A stretch of 17,508 nt of DNA from Thermovirgaceae bacterium (GTDB lineage: Bacteria > Synergistota > Synergistia > Synergistales > Thermovirgaceae). The translations under genes were made by a program, and so were the position numbers. The notes beneath the pieces are model-generated. The model was not told where the DNA came from. It saw only the letters and a program-made list of their open reading frames with translations, and made no database searches. The first letter of the stretch is position 1. Every line of letters starts with the position of its first letter. Shown piece after piece: positions 7,084 through 15,669 of the stretch. The DNA is taken from assembly GCA_046542505.1 (NCBI GenBank), contig JBKHBH010000039.1, forward strand, positions 1-17,508, read 5' to 3'.

Positions 7084-7464
7084 CTATTCCCTTGTGATGA
7101 TGGCAGTGAAGGAGCCCCTGTCGGATCCTTCAGAGGATTCCCACTTCCCGATGAAGCGGTTCATGAAATCGATGGAGCCGAAAAACCGCAGGGGTTTTCC
7201 TGTGGTCGTAAACTCGCAGGTGCCGTCAAAGCTGCAGTTCCCGCTTACGTCGAGATCCTCGTAAGTGACGTTCGAATGAGCGACACCGGTGATGACCCCG
7301 TCGGGGGAGATGGCCAGCCTGAGGGCTCCGTAATCGTCTCCGATGAAAGTACCGAGATAGTTCCCGCTCATGCGCTCGGGAATCGAAGCCGCCGATGCGG
7401 ATGATCCGAAAAGGGCGGTCACGGCGAAGAGAGCAATAATGATCACGCTGATTTCTTTTCTCAT
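7084..7464 (-). CDS. Hypothetical secreted protein (Sec signal peptide, Gly/aromatic-rich, probably beta-rich)
   Basis: MRKE + hydrophobic stretch + ASA cleavage motif; SD GAGGTG upstream; fits between fur and the GH57 gene. Confidence 0.8.
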   Translation of the reverse strand: MRKEISVIIIALFAVTALFGSSASAASIPERMSGNYLGTFIGDDYGALRLAISPDGVITGVAHSNVTYEDLDVSGNCSFDGTCEFTTTGKPLRFFGSIDFMNRFIGKWESSEGSDRGSFTAIITRE

Positions 7465-7532
7465 GAGATTTCACCTCGCTTGTGCATTTGTCGTTACAGT
7501 GAGGTCTGTTGGATGTGATTCAGGCCGGGTTT

Positions 7533-8096
7533 TCATCCTTCCTTGCGCCAGCCCCGTCCCCTGCGCCGGCAGAGTCGTCCGCATTTTGGACGGTCGCTCC
7601 AGGGGAAAGGTTCCTCCAGAACGCCCTTGTTGAGACATTCCGGGCAGATTCCCGCTATTTCAAAAGTCTGGGGCAGGATGTCAAATTCCGCTTCCTGGGC
7701 CCATTCCCGTACTTTTTCCATTTTCTTGTCCTCATTCGAAAGATGGACCATCTTGCCGCACGAACGGCAGTACAGATGGAAATGCATCTGCTCGTCAGGA
7801 ACCTCGAAGCGGCTGAAGCCCTCGTCCATGTTGATCAGATTCAGCAGACCCATGCGAGACAGGAGTTCAATGGTCCTGTAAACCGTTGCGATGCCGATGG
7901 AATCATCCACCTGCTGGACAAGGTCGAGCAGTTCTCTCGCGTTTGGATGGCTTCCAATGTTCCGAAGCAGCGTCTCGATGATGATCCGTCGCTGGTTCGT
8001 CATGCGAAAACCGCGTTTTCTGAGCCGGTCAAGGTAATCTTCCACGTGGGCCGAAATACGTTCTTCCTCGATGTGTGAGGTGTTATCCTTTGCCAT
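7533..8096 (-). CDS. Fur-family transcriptional regulator (Fur/PerR/Zur) with extended C-terminal tail
   Basis: GFRMTNQRRII, HPNAREL, IGIATVYRTIELL, RFE, HFHLYCRSCG, GICPEC. Confidence 0.93.
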   Translation of the reverse strand: MAKDNTSHIEEERISAHVEDYLDRLRKRGFRMTNQRRIIIETLLRNIGSHPNARELLDLVQQVDDSIGIATVYRTIELLSRMGLLNLINMDEGFSRFEVPDEQMHFHLYCRSCGKMVHLSNEDKKMEKVREWAQEAEFDILPQTFEIAGICPECLNKGVLEEPFPWSDRPKCGRLCRRRGRGWRKEG

Positions 8097-8138
8097 GTTT
8101 TCACCACCAGGATCAAATCTCTCTTTTTACTTTCATCC

Positions 8139-8170
8139 TTGCTTTGGCTGCTGGATCACCTACTATTATA
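8139..8170. promoter_or_regulatory. Possible overlapping divergent promoter elements for fur (-) and the M48 peptidase (+)
   Basis: Plus strand TTGCTT-N16-TACTAT (8139-8166); minus strand perfect TATAAT at 8170-8165. Confidence 0.4.
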
Positions 8171-8256
8171 CAGGACGGAGGCGCTGCCGGGTCTTTGACC
8201 GGGAAAAGGTGTTCCGGAAAGGGTTTGCCGGTCGTGACGGGAAAGGATACTTTCAA

Positions 8257-9471
8257 ATGGACGGATTATGGCTGGTTGCACTTGTGGCCCTCGCCGGTTT
8301 TCTGGAAACGGTGCTCCATTTCAAGCAGTGGAGATTCCTGAGAAAACTTCCCGAAAAAATTCCCGGCGAGCTTGAGGGGTTTTTGGACAGTGATTACCTG
8401 TGGAAACAGTCGCTTTCCTTCAGCCGGGGGCGGACGGTTACTCGTTTCGGAATGGTCGCCTGCGGTTACGGGTTCCTGCTGACCGCCCTTTTTACCGGGC
8501 TCCCGGACACGGCGGCGACCTGGACTCATTCCCTCATGGGCGGCGAAGGCGGGGCGGGGGTTTTGCTCGGCGCCCTTTCCGCCGCCGCGGTCTGGCTGGT
8601 GTTTCTGCCCTGGACGTGGGCGCGTTCTTTCATGGCTGAAGGTTCCCGTCGCGCCCGAATTCCCGATATCCGTCGCTTCTGGAACGAGCAGGGACTTTTC
8701 CTCTTCCTTGCCATGACCGTTTCAGGTGCCGCTTTTGGGGGTGCCGCGCTGATCCTCGAGATGACATCGGGCGGCCTCTGGCTTTTCGGTGCAATTCTTT
8801 TTGCGGAATTTCTTTTGATATGGCTTTTCCCGGTTGTCGTTATCCCAATGTTTATTCCTGTCGAGCCGCTGCCCGAAGGACCGGTCAAGGAAAGGCTGCA
8901 GGAATTTTGCACGGCGGCGGGACTGGAAACCGCCGAGCTTCGGGAGGTAAACACCTCGAAAAGCCCTCGGGCAGGCAATGCCATGCTTTCAGGATTGGGG
9001 AAGATGAGGAGATTCCTGCTCTTTGACAGTCTTCTGAACTCGAAAAGCGTTGAAAACATCGAAGCCATCATGGCTCATGAGGTGGGCCATCTCAAAAGGA
9101 ATCACCAGGTCAAACGCTTTCTCCTCGCGGGGGCCCTGCAGGGAGTTCTTTTGGCAGTGATAGGCGTTACTGCTTCCGGCACGGTCGGGGCCGCAGTCAT
9201 TCTCAAGGGCGTGATTGCCGCGCAGGCTCTGCTGGTGCTTGTTTTTCAGCCCCTGGTGGTCTGGTTCGCCCAAAAGCAGGAATTCGAGGCCGATGCCTTC
9301 GCCGCCAGGCTCGTCGGAGCGCCGGCCATGGAGTCCGCTCTTGCAGGGCTGGTCTCGGAAAACAAGGGGTGGGCACCCTCCGATAAATTCTATTCACTTT
9401 GGTATGAGCCCCACCCCCCGGTGGCAAAACGCCTTGAAGCCCTGTCTCGGGAAGACTTCAGCGGAAGATGA
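8257..9471 (+). CDS. M48 family (Ste24/HtpX-like) membrane zinc metalloprotease
   Basis: Several hydrophobic segments; GNAMLSGLG..RR..LFDSLL, HEVGH, EFEADAFA, HPPVAKRL; start chosen at ATG 8257 after GAAAGGA. Confidence 0.9.
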   Translation: MDGLWLVALVALAGFLETVLHFKQWRFLRKLPEKIPGELEGFLDSDYLWKQSLSFSRGRTVTRFGMVACGYGFLLTALFTGLPDTAATWTHSLMGGEGGAGVLLGALSAAAVWLVFLPWTWARSFMAEGSRRARIPDIRRFWNEQGLFLFLAMTVSGAAFGGAALILEMTSGGLWLFGAILFAEFLLIWLFPVVVIPMFIPVEPLPEGPVKERLQEFCTAAGLETAELREVNTSKSPRAGNAMLSGLGKMRRFLLFDSLLNSKSVENIEAIMAHEVGHLKRNHQVKRFLLAGALQGVLLAVIGVTASGTVGAAVILKGVIAAQALLVLVFQPLVVWFAQKQEFEADAFAARLVGAPAMESALAGLVSENKGWAPSDKFYSLWYEPHPPVAKRLEALSREDFSGR

Positions 9472-10960
9472 GATCCTTCCCGCTTTTGAACCGGACGGTG
9501 TACATGACGGTAATTCTTTTTGTCCCGCCTTTTTCCATTTGAAGCCGCCAGGTCAGAATGCCCTTGTCGTCCTGCTCAGCGGGTTCCGGATCGATGGAAA
9601 CGTCCTCGATTTTGATCTCCTCTTTGGCAGGTACGGGGAGACGGTCTCGGACCACGATTTCAACAGGCCTGTCAAGGCCGTTCGTAACAGTGATCATGTA
9701 TCCCTTCTGCAGGCGATCCTTGCCGATCCAGCTGCTTCCCTCTTTCGGGAGAAGTTCTTCTCGGGACGCCGTGACCAGAGGTGTCTTCCCGAAGGGGATC
9801 ACCATCTTCTGGCCCATGCCTCCCGCTTCCAGCATAGTCGTGCCCGTTTGCTTCCCGTCAACGAAAAGTTCCGCCCTGGCTCTGAGGATGGCCCAGTCAA
9901 GCTCCTCGACGGTTGCGACGGTCCACGCCTCGTCCGCAATCTCCGGAACACTGACCACTTCCATAGAGGCCGGCATGGAAAAAGCGCCGATCTCAAGGTG
10001 TGTTGTGTCGCCCGACCCAGGCACATACCCCGAAGTCTCCATTCTCACATCGACGAGACCTTCCTCTACGTGCTCCTTAAGTTCGGGAGCAACCGCTTCA
10101 AGATTGTCCGTTGTGCGATAGACCTTTTCGCCGGCCTTGCCGAAAAAGCTTTCCCGATAGTCGACAATCAACGGGTCCAGCTCCGGCGTGGCGAGACCCT
10201 GCCTGGGCCTGACCGTGTGCAGTGAAATGTCCCCGTTCCAGTCAAGCCCGGTTTTCTGAAGGACTGCAGCCTGGAGGGACCCTTCTATCAGCCCCGACTC
10301 GGTGTCGAGGGACAGTTGATATCTGGGATGCCACCGGGCCTCGCCGGTCCATGCGATGATTCCGAGAGTCCCCTCACCGGCGGTTTCAACGGTCAGAACA
10401 CGAATTTTGTCGTTTTCTTTCGGCAGTCTTGACTCCAGTTCCTGTCGAAGGATGTCGTACTGGGTTGTTGCGTCGGCCAGGGCGGCGGAAGTTTCCGCTG
10501 TTTTCAACGCGATGGTTTCTCTTTTGGCGATGGCTCCGTCGATATAGGCATCGAGTTCATCCGGGGTTGAAACCTCCGGAGGGGCTCCCTCAAGATGCTT
10601 TCGGGCCTGTTCCAGGGCTTCGAGCCTTGCCGAGAGGCGGTCCCTTTCCGTCTTTGCCCGTTCAACCTCGTCGGCAAGGTCTTTCAGCGCCGATGGGATC
10701 CATCCCACCTGGGCAACGGTGCGGATTCTGCTGTCAAGGATACGGGCCGAGCCTGTCAGTTCGAAACGAAGGCTTTTGGGGTCGACTGTCATTGGCAGCT
10801 CCACGTCGAAGGTCCCGCCTGCGTCGAATTCCATCCTCATTTGGGCTCCCGAGGGGTAAACGTCTACGTCGGCCACTTCCGGGATTGATGGTGAAGCACA
10901 TGCGGGAAGGGTTGCCAGCAGTGAAGCGAGAAGAGCAAACAACAGTGATTTCCCGGCCAT
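9458..10960 (-). CDS. DUF4139/DUF4140 (MuiA-like) secreted protein
   Basis: Signal peptide; VDVYPSGA, DPKSLR, coiled coil, WHPRY, VLQKTGLDW..ISLHT, ELFVDG, DRLPVP, GILTW; SD AAGGAGGTG before ATG 10960. Confidence 0.85.
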   Translation of the reverse strand: MAGKSLLFALLASLLATLPACASPSIPEVADVDVYPSGAQMRMEFDAGGTFDVELPMTVDPKSLRFELTGSARILDSRIRTVAQVGWIPSALKDLADEVERAKTERDRLSARLEALEQARKHLEGAPPEVSTPDELDAYIDGAIAKRETIALKTAETSAALADATTQYDILRQELESRLPKENDKIRVLTVETAGEGTLGIIAWTGEARWHPRYQLSLDTESGLIEGSLQAAVLQKTGLDWNGDISLHTVRPRQGLATPELDPLIVDYRESFFGKAGEKVYRTTDNLEAVAPELKEHVEEGLVDVRMETSGYVPGSGDTTHLEIGAFSMPASMEVVSVPEIADEAWTVATVEELDWAILRARAELFVDGKQTGTTMLEAGGMGQKMVIPFGKTPLVTASREELLPKEGSSWIGKDRLQKGYMITVTNGLDRPVEIVVRDRLPVPAKEEIKIEDVSIDPEPAEQDDKGILTWRLQMEKGGTKRITVMYTVRFKSGKDLIFR

Positions 10961-11112
10961 GGATATCCACCTCCTTTTCGCGTAAGAGAAATCCAGGGGA
11001 TCCTGTTTCATGATACACCAATGTGATGCGCCTTGCTCATGCATGTGTCGGTGGGACCCTCTCGTGTACAATGTAGGCGAGGAACATATCTGGTTATGCG
11101 GGGTGGCCTTCC

Positions 11113-12207
11113 ATGTTGAGATGTGGCATTATCGGCCTTCCACTGGCGGGAAAAACAACGGTTTTCAACGTAATTACCCGTGCCGGTGCGGAAGTAAAGA
11201 CCTATGCGGGGGGGAAAATGGACCCCAACAGGGCTGTAGTGGATGTCCCCGACGATCGGTTCGACTCCCTCGTCGACGTGTATCAACCCAAAAAGCGTGT
11301 TCCGGCTGCTGTGGAGTTTGTCGATCTGGCGGGTCTTTCAAAGGATGCAAGCAAGGGCGCCGGTCTCGGAAACGCCTTTCTTTCCTTTGTCGCTGACAGC
11401 GATGCCCTGATTCACGTGATTCGGTGTTTCGATAATCCGGAGGTGCCTCATCCCGAGGAATCGGTAAACCCGGCCAGAGATTGGGAGATTGTCGAAATGG
11501 AGCTGGTTTTCCGGGACCTTGGTGTCATCGAAAACCGCCTGGCCCGCCTCGGGGAAAAGAAAAGGCCCTCGCCGGACGAACAAAGGGAAGCGGAACTTCT
11601 CGAAAAGTGCAGATCGCACCTTCTGGATGAGAAACCGCTTAGGGAACTTGACCTGAAAGAAGAAGAGGAAAAATCCCTGCGGGGGTTCTCCTTTCTGACC
11701 TTCAAGCCGGAACTTGTGATTCTGAATTGTGATGAAACACAGACGGAGGATTCTTCAATCCCTTCATACGGGAAATTTCTGGACCTCTCTTCTGAAAGGG
11801 GGCTCCAGGTGGTGAAGCTGTTCGGGCGCATGGAAATGGACCTTTCAGATCTCGATTCAGAATCACAGCGTGAAATCATGGGAGAGCTCGGGATACCCGA
11901 GCCGGGGCGGGAACGGCTGATCGCCGCCGCATTCGAACGACTCGGCCTCATCAGTTTTTTTACCGTTGGGAAGGACGAAGTCAAAGCCTGGACCCTTGCT
12001 GAAGGTGCCACCGCCATTGAGGCTGCCGGGACGATACATACCGACCTGGCGAGAGGGTTTATCAGGGCACAGGTTGTGCATTATGATGATTTCAGGCAGG
12101 AAGGTTTTTCCATGGCGAAATGCAGGGAAAAGGGAGTCCTTCGCCTTGAAGGGCGGGATTATGTCGTCAACGACGGCGACATCCTGGAAATCCGGTTCAA
12201 CGTTTAG
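11113..12207 (+). CDS. ychF: YchF/Obg-like redox-regulated ATPase
   Basis: GIIGLP.AGKTT, VPDDR, FVDLAGL...AS.GAGLGNAFL, LISFFTVGKDEVKAWT, AAGTIHTD..RGFIRA, RLEGRDYVV.DGD..EIRFNV. Confidence 0.93.
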   Translation: MLRCGIIGLPLAGKTTVFNVITRAGAEVKTYAGGKMDPNRAVVDVPDDRFDSLVDVYQPKKRVPAAVEFVDLAGLSKDASKGAGLGNAFLSFVADSDALIHVIRCFDNPEVPHPEESVNPARDWEIVEMELVFRDLGVIENRLARLGEKKRPSPDEQREAELLEKCRSHLLDEKPLRELDLKEEEEKSLRGFSFLTFKPELVILNCDETQTEDSSIPSYGKFLDLSSERGLQVVKLFGRMEMDLSDLDSESQREIMGELGIPEPGRERLIAAAFERLGLISFFTVGKDEVKAWTLAEGATAIEAAGTIHTDLARGFIRAQVVHYDDFRQEGFSMAKCREKGVLRLEGRDYVVNDGDILEIRFNV

Positions 12208-12234
12208 GATATGGTGCAGAAGGGAGGTGAAAGG

Positions 12235-13248
12235 ATGAAAGAAATGATCTGGGAGCCGATAGAAATCGAACCCTTGCGCCTCGGGAACAGGCTTGTATCA
12301 GCGCCCGTCGCCACGGCAACGGCAACCCGGGACGGGCTGCCCACGGCCGATACCCTTGATGCCCATGGCGTGATCGCCGAAAGCGGTGTCGGCCTGTCCG
12401 TCGTTGAACACCATGCCGTTCACAGAGACGGAAGGACGAGGTTCCGACAGCTGCTCCTCGACAGGGAAGACGTGGTGCCCTACCAGCGCAAACTCCATGA
12501 AGCTTATGCGTCGCACGAGTGCCCAGCCTTTATCCAGATTAATCATGCGGGATCTTTGGTTTGCGACGATGAGATGCTCGACGGAAACTTCGTTCCCTAT
12601 GGTCCTTCCCCGATCAGGCATCCCTATTGCACCCTGTATGTCATGCCCAGGGCCATGGCGGTTTCCGAGATCGAGGCCGTGGTGAGGCAATTCGCCCAGG
12701 CCGCTGAATTCGCCGTTCTCGCGGGATATCCCGGCGTCGAGATTCATGCCTGTCACGGTTTCCTTATCGGCCAGTTCCTGAGTCCCCTGACGAACCATCG
12801 TTCCGACCGGTACGGGGGAGAGATCAAAAACAGGGCGAGGCTTCTTTTCGAGATCTACGAAGCAGTCAGGGAAAGTATTCCCTGGGAGAATCCGGTGGCG
12901 GTGAGGCTGGGTGTCGCCGACACCATGCCGGGAAGGCCTCCGGCCGGCCTGACCGTTGAGGAGGCAAAATGGATCGCCCGGGAGTTGGCCGCAAGCAAGG
13001 TGGCCCTGCTGGATTTGTCGGGCAACCTTTGCGGCTATGAAGGAAGCGGAAGCGCTTATTTCGCTCCCTATGCAAAGGCCGTCAAGGAAGTTGCCGGAAA
13101 GGTTCCCGTTGTTTGCACGGGAGGTGTCAGCGATGTGGCGACGGCAGAAAATCTGCTCCGTGAAGGGGTCTGCGATCTCGTGGGGCTGGGGCGTGCCTTG
13201 AGACGGAATCCCGAACTCCTTCGAAACTGGAAGGACATGTCCCGATAG
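12235..13248 (+). CDS. NADH:flavin oxidoreductase (old yellow enzyme family)
   Basis: LGNRLVSAP, IQINHAG, GVEIHACHGFLIGQFLSPLTNHRSDRYGG..NRAR, PVVCTGG, DLVGLGRAL; SD GGAGGTG before ATG 12235. Confidence 0.92.
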   Translation: MKEMIWEPIEIEPLRLGNRLVSAPVATATATRDGLPTADTLDAHGVIAESGVGLSVVEHHAVHRDGRTRFRQLLLDREDVVPYQRKLHEAYASHECPAFIQINHAGSLVCDDEMLDGNFVPYGPSPIRHPYCTLYVMPRAMAVSEIEAVVRQFAQAAEFAVLAGYPGVEIHACHGFLIGQFLSPLTNHRSDRYGGEIKNRARLLFEIYEAVRESIPWENPVAVRLGVADTMPGRPPAGLTVEEAKWIARELAASKVALLDLSGNLCGYEGSGSAYFAPYAKAVKEVAGKVPVVCTGGVSDVATAENLLREGVCDLVGLGRALRRNPELLRNWKDMSR

Positions 13249-13282
13249 CCGGCAGGTTTCTGATGAAAGAGGCGGGTGCCAG

Positions 13283-14164
13283 ATGCAGATTGGTATAGAC
13301 CTCGGAGGGCATACGGTCAGGGTCGCCCTGGTCGAAGAAGGGAAAATACTGGAGTCAGCCCGGGGTCGTACGCCTGAAAGCCGGACGCCCGATGACGTGC
13401 TGGAGAACATATCACGAATGGTCCTGCATCTGGCGGCCAAAGCGGGAGTCGACGGAATCGGCATCGGTCTTCCGGGAATGCTGGATGCGGGCAGGTCTTG
13501 TGTCCTCAGGATGCCCAATTTCCCCGGCTGGGAAGGCTTTGATCTGAAAGCGGAAGCCGGACGCTTCTTTGGGGTGCCGGTGGTCATTGAAAACGACGCG
13601 AACTGTTATGCCTTGGGAGAAGGGACGTCAGGTGCCGCCAGGGGCCTGGAAGACTATGTCGTGTTCACAGTCGGCACGGGTATTGGAGGAGGGGTGGTCC
13701 TTGGGGGCGCTCTTTTGAAAGGCAGTCACGGCATGGCCGGGGAACTGGGGCACGCGGCTGTGGGCGGGGTGCGTCCCTGCGGGTGCGGCGGCGTTGGCCA
13801 TGCAGAATCCATTGCCGGCGCCGACGGAATCGAGAAGGCCTTCGCGGCGCTGGGTATCAGCGGGGAGCTTTCGGAACTTTGGTGTGAACGGAAACGCCCA
13901 CCTTACACCACAGTGTGGGGGATGGCCCTTGACGCACTGGCCAGAACGGTGGCCACGGCGGTTCACTTTTTCGACCCCCAGGCCGTCGTCGTCGGCGGGG
14001 GGCTGAGCCGTGGTGAAGGTTTCATCGAAGAGCTCCACGATGTCGTGACGGCATATCTTGCGGACCCTTTCAGGGCCACTCTGGACTTGAGGCCCAGCCT
14101 TCTCGGAAACGACGCCGCGGTGATCGGTGCCGCAGCCCTTGCTAGAGACTTGTCCATTTCTTGA
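13283..14164 (+). CDS. ROK family sugar kinase (glucokinase-like)
   Basis: IGIDLGG, GIGLPG, ENDANCYALGE, GTGIGGG, GELGH...CGCG..GH.E, LGNDAAVIGAA; no N-terminal HTH. Confidence 0.92.
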   Translation: MQIGIDLGGHTVRVALVEEGKILESARGRTPESRTPDDVLENISRMVLHLAAKAGVDGIGIGLPGMLDAGRSCVLRMPNFPGWEGFDLKAEAGRFFGVPVVIENDANCYALGEGTSGAARGLEDYVVFTVGTGIGGGVVLGGALLKGSHGMAGELGHAAVGGVRPCGCGGVGHAESIAGADGIEKAFAALGISGELSELWCERKRPPYTTVWGMALDALARTVATAVHFFDPQAVVVGGGLSRGEGFIEELHDVVTAYLADPFRATLDLRPSLLGNDAAVIGAAALARDLSIS

Positions 14165-15029
14165 AACCCCTGCCGACGACCTCGGAGGCATCGGAGACGA
14201 CCATGAAAGCCCCTGGATCAAGGCTGGACAAAAAACGTTTCAGGTCCATTGTCTGGCGCGGCGTGAGGAGGCAGAATATCACCCTGCGCCTGGCGTGGGT
14301 GTACCCTCCCTCGCCGTGGAGAATCGTCACACCGCGGTGAAGTTCACCTGTTACGAAGGAAGAAACAGCCCGGGGCTTACTGCTGATGACAAAAACCTGT
14401 CTCCGCCTGTCGAAGGACCTGAGGACGTTGTCCATGACGAGACCGTTGGAAAAGATGCTGACAAGGCCGTAAATAGCCCCTTCGAGGCCGACGACGGCTA
14501 TGGAGATGGAGAGTATGGCCAGATTGATGTAGAAGGTGAAGCGGCCGACCTCGACGCCGTAGCGTTTCCGCAGGGCGATAACGATGATGTCCGTCCCGCC
14601 GAGCGACCCCCCGGCCCGGAGGACGAATCCTCCGCCGAGACCCTTCACGACCCCTGCGAGAATTGCGACGAGAAGTCTTTCATCCAGGTCCGGGGAAGGG
14701 ATGTTCTCCAGGACTTTCAGGAGGATAGACAGCAGGATGACCGAATAGATCGTCCACGCCACGAAGCGCTTCGAGAGTTCCTTCAGCCCCCAGAGGAGAA
14801 GCACCGTGTTAAGACCTGCGACGACCCACGCCGGGGAGATCCCGAAGGAATAGTTTGTGAGCACGGCGACCCCGGATACTCCGGAATCGGGGAAACGGTA
14901 GGGTATCGTCAGAGACATGATTCCGAAAGCCACGACGGCGGTGCCGAAAGTCACGAGGAAAAACGCCGGCGCTTCACGCCGTATTGACGTCAGTGCAGCT
15001 GCCGAGGTACTTCTGATGGTGTGAATCAT
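14142..15029 (-). CDS. YitT family membrane protein (DUF161 plus C-terminal DUF2179)
   Basis: SGVSGVA, GGSLGGTDII, RGVTILHGEGGYT, LDPGAFMVVSDASEVVGRGF; multiple transmembrane segments. Confidence 0.92.
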   Translation of the reverse strand: MIHTIRSTSAAALTSIRREAPAFFLVTFGTAVVAFGIMSLTIPYRFPDSGVSGVAVLTNYSFGISPAWVVAGLNTVLLLWGLKELSKRFVAWTIYSVILLSILLKVLENIPSPDLDERLLVAILAGVVKGLGGGFVLRAGGSLGGTDIIVIALRKRYGVEVGRFTFYINLAILSISIAVVGLEGAIYGLVSIFSNGLVMDNVLRSFDRRRQVFVISSKPRAVSSFVTGELHRGVTILHGEGGYTHARRRVIFCLLTPRQTMDLKRFLSSLDPGAFMVVSDASEVVGRGFKKWTSL

Positions 15030-15112
15030 CGATCATTCTCAACTCCCTTCCGGCGGACATAGTCTAGACGACGCAGGCACCCAAGAGCAAGCCTGCGCTG
15101 AACGGAAAAGTC

Positions 15113-15121
15113 TGTTACAAT
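15113..15121 (+). promoter_or_regulatory. Extended -10 promoter element for the downstream hypothetical gene
   Basis: TGTTACAAT (TGnTACAAT) about 35 nt upstream of ATG 15157. Confidence 0.5.
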
Positions 15122-15156
15122 GTAGGCCGATTCCGAGAAAAAGGGGGCAGCCTGCC

Positions 15157-15609
15157 ATGCAAATGCAGAGACAGATCGGCCTTGATGAGCTTCTGTCCAT
15201 GCTCGTGGCGAGGATGGACAATCTCGCCTACAGTGATGAGAACCAGAAGACAAAGTTCAATATCATCGCCCGTGCCTTGTACAAAAAGGGGCTTATCGAG
15301 GATGAGGACATCATCGAGTCGATTCGTGAAGAGCACCGGATCCTGAAGGAACTGGACGCCATTTCGGAGTTGCCTTCGGAAGAAGTCGTTCAGGCCATTG
15401 CCGACAGCATCCTGCAGTGGATCAAGGGAGATGTGGAAAAGATCACCCAGGCTATGGAGGAATATGAGAAAAAACTCCAGGAAATGGCCCAAAAAGAACA
15501 GCAGTCGTCCAAACCCAAGATCGACGTCGCTTCGCCGGCCATTCTTGAACAGCTTGACAAGATGAACAAGGGACAGGGTGACGGCGGAGGAAGCAAACTG
15601 ATCTATTAG
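15157..15609 (+). CDS. Hypothetical acidic, alpha-helical protein
   Basis: 150 aa ORF with protein-like composition, purine-rich SD, an upstream -10 element and a downstream terminator. Confidence 0.8.
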   Translation: MQMQRQIGLDELLSMLVARMDNLAYSDENQKTKFNIIARALYKKGLIEDEDIIESIREEHRILKELDAISELPSEEVVQAIADSILQWIKGDVEKITQAMEEYEKKLQEMAQKEQQSSKPKIDVASPAILEQLDKMNKGQGDGGGSKLIY

Positions 15610-15629
15610 TCCTTCCGTGAACAGACAGG

Positions 15630-15664
15630 AAGAGGGCCGGGCCTTGCAAGGCCCGGCCCTCTTT
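15630..15664. terminator. Bidirectional rho-independent terminator
   Basis: Perfect 34-bp palindrome AAGAGGGCCGGGCCTTG/CAAGGCCCGGCCCTCTT between convergent genes. Confidence 0.88.
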
Positions 15665-15669
15665 GCATG

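Noticed and set aside
8071..8256. N-terminal extension of the M48 ORF
   Set aside because: It overlaps the fur start and the divergent promoter region; ATG 8257 has an SD and begins the first hydrophobic helix
9215..10225. 336-aa plus-strand ORF
   Set aside because: Out of frame with M48 and antisense to the DUF4139 gene; no motifs
10961..11071. N-terminal extension of the DUF4139 ORF
   Set aside because: A strong SD and signal peptide place the start at 10960
12298..13587. 429-aa minus-strand ORF
   Set aside because: Antisense shadow of the flavin oxidoreductase and ROK genes
14127..14987. 286-aa acidic plus-strand ORF
   Set aside because: Mirror of the hydrophobic yitT codons on the opposite strand
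15630..15663. Perfect palindromes here and at 1250-1283 as REP, MITE or CRISPR repeats
   Set aside because: Single-copy, unrelated to each other and located between convergent stops, so they are ordinary terminators
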